Shown here piece by piece: positions 58,490-64,000 of a DNA stretch of 64,000 nucleotides. This stretch comes from a virus (Duplodnaviria; Caudoviricetes): the IMG/VR virus record IMGVR_UViG_3300029928_000003; one strand, written 5' to 3'. Numbering within the stretch: position 1 is the first letter of the stretch; the number at the start of each line of letters is the position of its first letter. The translations under genes were made by a program, and so were the position numbers. The notes beneath the pieces are model-generated. The model had not been told where the DNA came from. It searched no databases and saw only the letters and a program-made list of their open reading frames with translations.

Positions 58490-58810
58490 TTATTTTCTAA
58501 TTCTTTTTACGAGTATACCGCCTTTGCGGAATACTGGTTCGCCTGCTTGTTGCTGTGGTGCGCCTTGACCCCCTGCTTGTTGTGCCATTTGCACAAATAC
58601 TTGACAAACTTGCATTGCAGCTTGACAATCTTGATTCTAGAGGGCCTACATTGCTATTTGAGCAATCTGCATAATAGGATCTTCTTGACCACCCTAAGGT
58701 GCAGCTTCTTGTTCTTGGGGAGCTGCTTCTTGTTCGGGTGCTTCCTGCTCTGGAGCAACCTCACCACCCATTTGAAATTTCTTAATACTGTTTCTAGGTG
58801 TAAACTTCAT
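58490..58810 (-). CDS. Small Gln/Ala/Pro-rich protein (106 aa, TAG=Gln)
   Basis: MKFTPRNSIKKFQMGGEVAPEQEAPEQEAAPQ...VFRKGGILVKRIRK followed by TAA TAA. Confidence 0.75.
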
Positions 58811-58899
58811 AGTTAACTATTTTTTATAAAATTTATAATTAATATTAATTTATCTTAAATTCTATTTTGGAGCTATTAAATATAGCTATTATAATTTAA

Positions 58900-59475
58900 T
58901 TAATTCTGTTTCTTATTAGGGTTTTCCACATATTCAGGTTCTCTATTATCTTGTGTTTTTAAACACTTAAACATATATTTCCCTAATGCTTTATAATCTT
59001 TATCTTCTTTAGACTAGTCAGCTTTTTTGGCTTTTTTTATAAGTACTCTAGAATTCTTTCTAGAGAAAATCCTCTCTCCTCCCCATAAATCATATTGATC
59101 ACTGCCATCCTAATTAAGTACTTTCATTACTGGGCCTCTATCATCAGGAAATTCTAAAGAATCTCCTATTTTTACACCAGAATCTTTATTAAGTTCGAGT
59201 ACGTATGCTATATCTTTTTCACTTATTGGTTTAGTACTATTAGGAGTTCCTTCTTTGACATTAATTACATTTTCATCTTCATCAATAAAAATAATATCAA
59301 GCGGAATCTTAGTATCTTTCATCCAAAAAGATACATCTTCTGGGGGAGTAAAATAAAATAGCATACCTTCATCTTTAGGTAGATTTTCTATATCCTGCAA
59401 ACCTTTAGATTTTTCGTCCTCGGTTATAGCCTATTTTACTTTATATTTCTTATTTCCTACTTCAATATTAATCAT
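58900..59475 (-). CDS. DUF192-family protein with C-terminal extension (191 aa, TAG=Gln)
   Basis: KGLQ...EGMLF...FWMKDT.IPLDIIFI...YVLEL; ATGA overlap at start. Confidence 0.82.
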
Positions 59476-60941
59476 TGTATAGAATCAGAGTTTATATCAT
59501 TAAAAGATGCTGAAGTCTAAGACGTAGATCTCATACCAGGAACTTCGGGAGTAGATTTTCTTTGTTGTACTCCTACAACAAAAGCCTTATTGCGTGCGGC
59601 ATTTTCAGCAGAATCTAGTTGCTATTTAGTATATATTGCGCTAGAATTAGGAGTTTGATTATTCTAATTAGGATTATTTGGGTCTACCATTAAGAAATTA
59701 TAAGCTCCTCCAAGTATGTTTTTCATTATTGGGTCAAATCTTCCAGATAAGCCTCTAAAAGGTCTTGTTGCGAGATACCCATACGGGCCGACAACGCGTA
59801 ATGTGTTCCTAATTACAGGTCCTTTAGAATTGCTGAATTCCCCTGGTTTTTCCCAAAACCAAGCTCTATAAGGATTAGCATCTCTATATTCCCACCAATT
59901 ATTATATTTTGGCGTACCCTCTGTAGAGTTATTTACAGGTGTTTGTTTATCACCTCTCCAAGCTCTCCAAAGTCTTTTAAAACGTCCTGGTTGTTTTTCA
60001 GGTTGTTCGTTAGATGGGTTATTTTCTCCCTTATTTTCTTCATCATTTTCTTCATCATTTTCTTCTTCAGAAGAATTATCATCTTCTGGTTCTGGATGAA
60101 TTACAGTCTATGTAGTATCTACAGGAGTTTGGATACTATCAGGTGCTCCACTATAGGCTCTTGCAACTGCAGCTGAATCTGGGTACTCTGTAAGGTTGCC
60201 TTTATCATCTAGAATAGATACTGTATTATAAGTTCGATCGTTATTAAGAGCTGCGACTCCTAATCCTAATGCCCCTGTTAATACGTATGGAGAATAAGTC
60301 ATTGCTCTAGAAGTAGCAGCCACAGGAGTTGCTATAGGAGTTGCTACAGATACACCTTCAGGCGTTACCATCTACATTACTGCTCTAGGAGTTCCTTGTG
60401 TAATGTAATTTCCTACAGGAGTGTCTGATAAACCTCTACCTACCCAAGATATTATTCTCGGAGCACCAGATTTTACTCCTCTACTAATAATAGAAAATAC
60501 TGGTCCAAGTGCTTCGCCTACAGGAAGTAACGTAGCTGCCATATTACCTACTAAATTACCTGCATCTGTCCATTGCTACATAGCGTATGGGTTGTGTTCC
60601 CAAGCTTGTTGTACCCCTCTTACACGACTATCCCCAAATAATGCGCTATAATCTGAAGTACCATAGAAATTTCTATTAAATTCAGGGCTATAAGCAGCTC
60701 CCCTTTGAGCATCTACTACATTAGTAGAACTATGTCTAGCATCTGACTAAGGGGCATTTGATATAGGAGTATACAAAGTGGGGTTAGTTATATCATAATC
60801 ACTTAACTAATAGCTAAATGGTATCTACCCTGTCTGGGGATCTATATAAACTTTAGTATCTGGACTAGCTGTTTTTCCAGCTGGTCTCATATTTTCTGGA
60901 AGATCCCCCCATCGAATATATGATATTTTACGTTTTGCCAT
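59472..60941 (-). CDS. Late hypothetical protein (~489 aa, TAG=Gln)
   Basis: Start MAKRKISY, stop TGA overlapping the next ATG; includes ORF 60108-60371. Confidence 0.7.
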
Positions 60942-60943
60942 AA

Positions 60944-62794
60944 TTATATAGAATTATTTGTATTATCTTTTGTATTATATAATATTTCTTTCGTTAATAA
61001 TTTACCAGCTTGAATAGCTATTTCATCTTTTTCTTTTTGAGTAGAATCATTATTATACTTTTTGTACAATTCTTCTATTTTCTTAGTTATATCAAGTCTA
61101 AGAATTAATTCCTCTCTTTCTATTTCGGCTTGCTATTCTATATTTCCCCCATCAGATTCAGACACTACTGGAATTCCTTTATTAGTAATTCCTTCTACAT
61201 CCATATTATGCTTACGAGCATGTAGGGATCCTTCTGGAATTATATTAAATTTACCACCTTCTCTAAATATATCTGAAATTACTGGAAACTATATTTCTAA
61301 TAGAGTTGTAGTAAATGTACCTCCTTCTTTATGTAATGTAGTCTAAGAATCATTCTAAGTAGTAGTCTATAATGGAGTAGTTCTAGGCACATATTTATAA
61401 TACGGAGAACTTTTAATTAGTTTGTATTTATTACGAAAATCTTCAGCTTCATCAGAATTATACCAATCTAATTCCTTCTGTAATGAAGGATGTTTATCAG
61501 ATTTCATAAATTCTATTTCTCCAGTATCTGGATTCTCTGCGACAGAATATGCATGATACCCATCTTCATACTTAGTAAATAAGCCATTAAATACCCCAGT
61601 TTGAAAATCTTTAGGTTTACCATTATATTTCCAATAATCTTTCATTCTATAATCAGTAGTATCCTATAAGTTTTTTGGAAGACTCTCATAAAAAATTTGA
61701 TACTTTTCATCATCTGTTAATTCTTTTGGGGTGCTTATAGAGCTTCCCTTTTGATATTTAAGAGTTCTGGCCACTCTTCTTCCTCTATATAAATCTTGTA
61801 AAGAGAATCCGTTTCTGCCTACAGGGATCTATTGATACCCTCCTTGTAGATTATAGTTTCTTCTATTTCCGTTTATTGCAGACATAGAATTTCTTATATT
61901 AAATCTATTCATTGAATCATTAGCAATATCTGTTATATATTGTTGCTATATTTTAGCATTTTGTATTTCATCATTTGCTTTATTTCGGGCATTCTGACTA
62001 AATAATCCGTATTTCTTACCAGATTTTTTTAATGCATCATCTATTAATTTATTAGTTCCAGTATATGATGCTCCTACTTGTGAAAAAGCATCTTTATCTT
62101 TAGTAATAGTATCAGCTTTAGAACCTCCAAAACCATTAATTAATCCTAACGGGGTTAATCCTAAAAAAGAACTTCCTAAAATAGAATCTATGTTAGTCAT
62201 ACCATCAGTACCCCCTCCTATAGCATTTAATCCTTTATTTAAAACCGAACCTGCTTTCATAGTACCGCCTATAATAGAACCTACAGGACCAAATGCCATA
62301 GCAGCATCCGAGATACCATCGTATACTGTATCTAAAGTTTGTGTTACGTCTCCTTTTGTGCCGTAATATTCAGATTTCTGAGGTAAAAAGTTATTAATGA
62401 TATCTGAAGCTACGCCAATCCTAGCCATTGCATTACCAGCTTTACTTAAATTCTGCTAATGTTTTAATTGAGCCAACTATTTAGAATTTAAAGATGCTTC
62501 TGCTAAAGTACTTATTCCTGATGTATCAGGTTTAGTAGGTTTAAAAGTAGGTGCTACAGAAGCTATAGCCTATGATAGATTAGATACCAAATCTTGACCT
62601 ATCTATGGAGCAGTACTTATATTATCAGTAGAATTATTACTATTTTGAGAAGTATTATATAGCCACTATAATAGATTAAATTTATCTGTTAAATTCTAAA
62701 ACTAATTTTGCATCTAATTAAAATCTGGATAATCTCCAAATGTTAATTCTGGATTTGAAGTACCTAAAGGGCTTCCATTAAATGTATTAGGCAT
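60944..62794 (-). CDS. Late/virion protein (~616 aa, TAG=Gln), Gly-rich hydrophobic middle
   Basis: Start MPNTFNG; fragments 61367 and 61946 in frame; C-terminal NIIPEGSLHARKH...AEIEREE. Confidence 0.75.
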
Positions 62795-64000
62795 AGCTTA
62801 TAGAAAATAAAGTATTTACTGCATTAATAATGGCACGTTTTCTGCCATCATATCTAATTCTAATTTTCATATATTTATCTTTTAATTTAACTTCTTGATT
62901 AAGAGGATTATCCCAAATTACTATTGCTCTATCTTTAAGGTCTTTTGGGATACTTAAAGTATTTGAAACGTCTAATGGTTTACACTAAGAGCCGAGTTCA
63001 ATAGGAACTTTGTTGGGATTTAAATCAGTGGTATTTGCTAGGTTTTCTTTATCCCAAGCAGGCTCATTCTTTTCTATTACATTTAAAGGATTAATTTGTA
63101 CATACCACTTATCCTCTTTATAGTGCATATTTCCACGTAGTCTACCGCCTTTGTTTAAGTCTATTGCTCTTGCATGATTCCATATATGATATTCTCCTGT
63201 ATTAGGATAGTATACTATTTCCCCACCAGCTAATTCAGAAAAATCTTTATTTAACCCATCCTTTGCATAATAAATATCTTCTATTAAATTATAAGGTTTG
63301 GTTCTCCAATAATACTAAGGTAAAATAGTAGATTTCTTATAATATTCAGAATTATCTATTAATTCATGAGTAATACCTTTTTCTAAAGTAGGATATGAAC
63401 TATTATAAGTTAAATTACTGCCGTTATACTAATATAGTTCTTTGGTAGCTTCCTATCTAATATACATTGTTTGTTTATTAGAAGAAAAGCTATAACAATC
63501 CCCAACTATTTCATAATGAAATGATTCTGGTTCAGCACTATTACTAACAATTTCTAAATTATCAAATATTTTATGATATTGAGCATCTTTATTTACAATA
63601 AACTCAAACTCAAAAGGATGTTGTTTACCATACCAAAATGTAGGCTTTAACTATTCTGCAGTATCTATAATACCGCCATAACCATGTTTCCAGAAAGATG
63701 TATTTAAACTATTTAGTCTATTATCTTTTATTACTGCAATAACTGTTTCAATAGATGGGTAAGTAGTATTTATATCATCCAATTTCTTGCTTATATTAGC
63801 TTTAATATTTAATAAATAAACAGGTTCAATACTATCTTCAGTTCCAATATATAATAATGTATTAGTTTCAGGATCAATCTTAAACTGTTTATAATTATTT
63901 AAATTATCTTTAATGAGTTCATAAGTAATTATATAACTATCATCATAACCAGAACAATTAAGTATTCCTATTTCCTATTGACTTGGTGTAATTACTACGT
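62787..64000 (-). CDS. Tail stabilization/muzzle-like protein, 3' part (TAG=Gln)
   Basis: FWKHG...FWYGKQHPFEFEFIVN...HKIFDNL...DKYMKIRIRY...SISYA; position upstream of the cargo genes as in crAss-like phages. Confidence 0.65.

Noticed and set aside
28733-61346. Short + strand ORFs in the late arm (e.g. 33954, 46790, 53971, 58547, 60421, 61062)
   Set aside because: Antisense shadows of the recoded minus-strand genes; the Cys/Leu-rich 58547 ORF mirrors the Gln-rich gene
25537-64000. Right arm as pseudogenes or non-coding DNA
   Set aside because: Breaks checked are all TAG, frames are continuous over kilobases, and catalytic motifs are intact, so recoding explains it
25537-64000. TGA reassignment
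   Set aside because: TGA serves as a true stop in ATGA overlaps (30102, 59472 and many + arm genes)
1-64000. CRISPR array, diversity-generating retroelement, or suppressor tRNA
   Set aside because: No regularly spaced repeats, reverse transcriptase or tRNA cloverleaf recognised by eye; a tRNA scan would be needed to exclude one fully

Overview
AT-rich segment of a crAss-like (Crassvirales) phage genome, probably infecting a Bacteroidota host. The host call rests on TAnnTTTG-type promoter motifs and AT-rich starts without Shine-Dalgarno sequences. Two convergent arms meet at a bidirectional terminator near 25.5 kb. Left arm (+ strand, 1-25486): replication, nucleotide-metabolism and small accessory genes, readable in the standard code and essentially free of TAG. 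They include dUTPase, ATP-dependent ligase, a sigma70-like factor, family A DNA polymerase, intein-containing NrdD, NrdG, an FTR-like protein, an intron-split metallophosphoesterase, YqeY, DUF3310/HNH, thioredoxin, ThyX and a 3D-domain protein. There is also a ~320-nt structured intergenic RNA candidate. Right arm (- strand, 25537-64000): looks fragmented in the supplied ORF track only because TAG is read as Gln (code 15). Re-reading gives 11 large, tightly packed late genes, including a ~3386-aa single-chain virion RNA polymerase split by two group I introns and a ~3188-aa cargo protein with an SF1-helicase domain. Others are a zincin protein, a protein with a degenerate RecB-like nuclease domain, a DUF192 protein and the 3' part of a tail stabilization protein. 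The most unusual observations are complementary terminal cysteines on four consecutive giant cargo proteins (a possible head-to-tail chain), the orphan structured RNA, a recurring GG-ending peptide motif in the smaller cargo proteins, and a possible phage FTR-thioredoxin-NrdD electron chain. Recoded gene boundaries were derived by hand from frame continuity, start/stop overlaps and spot checks, not by checking every codon.
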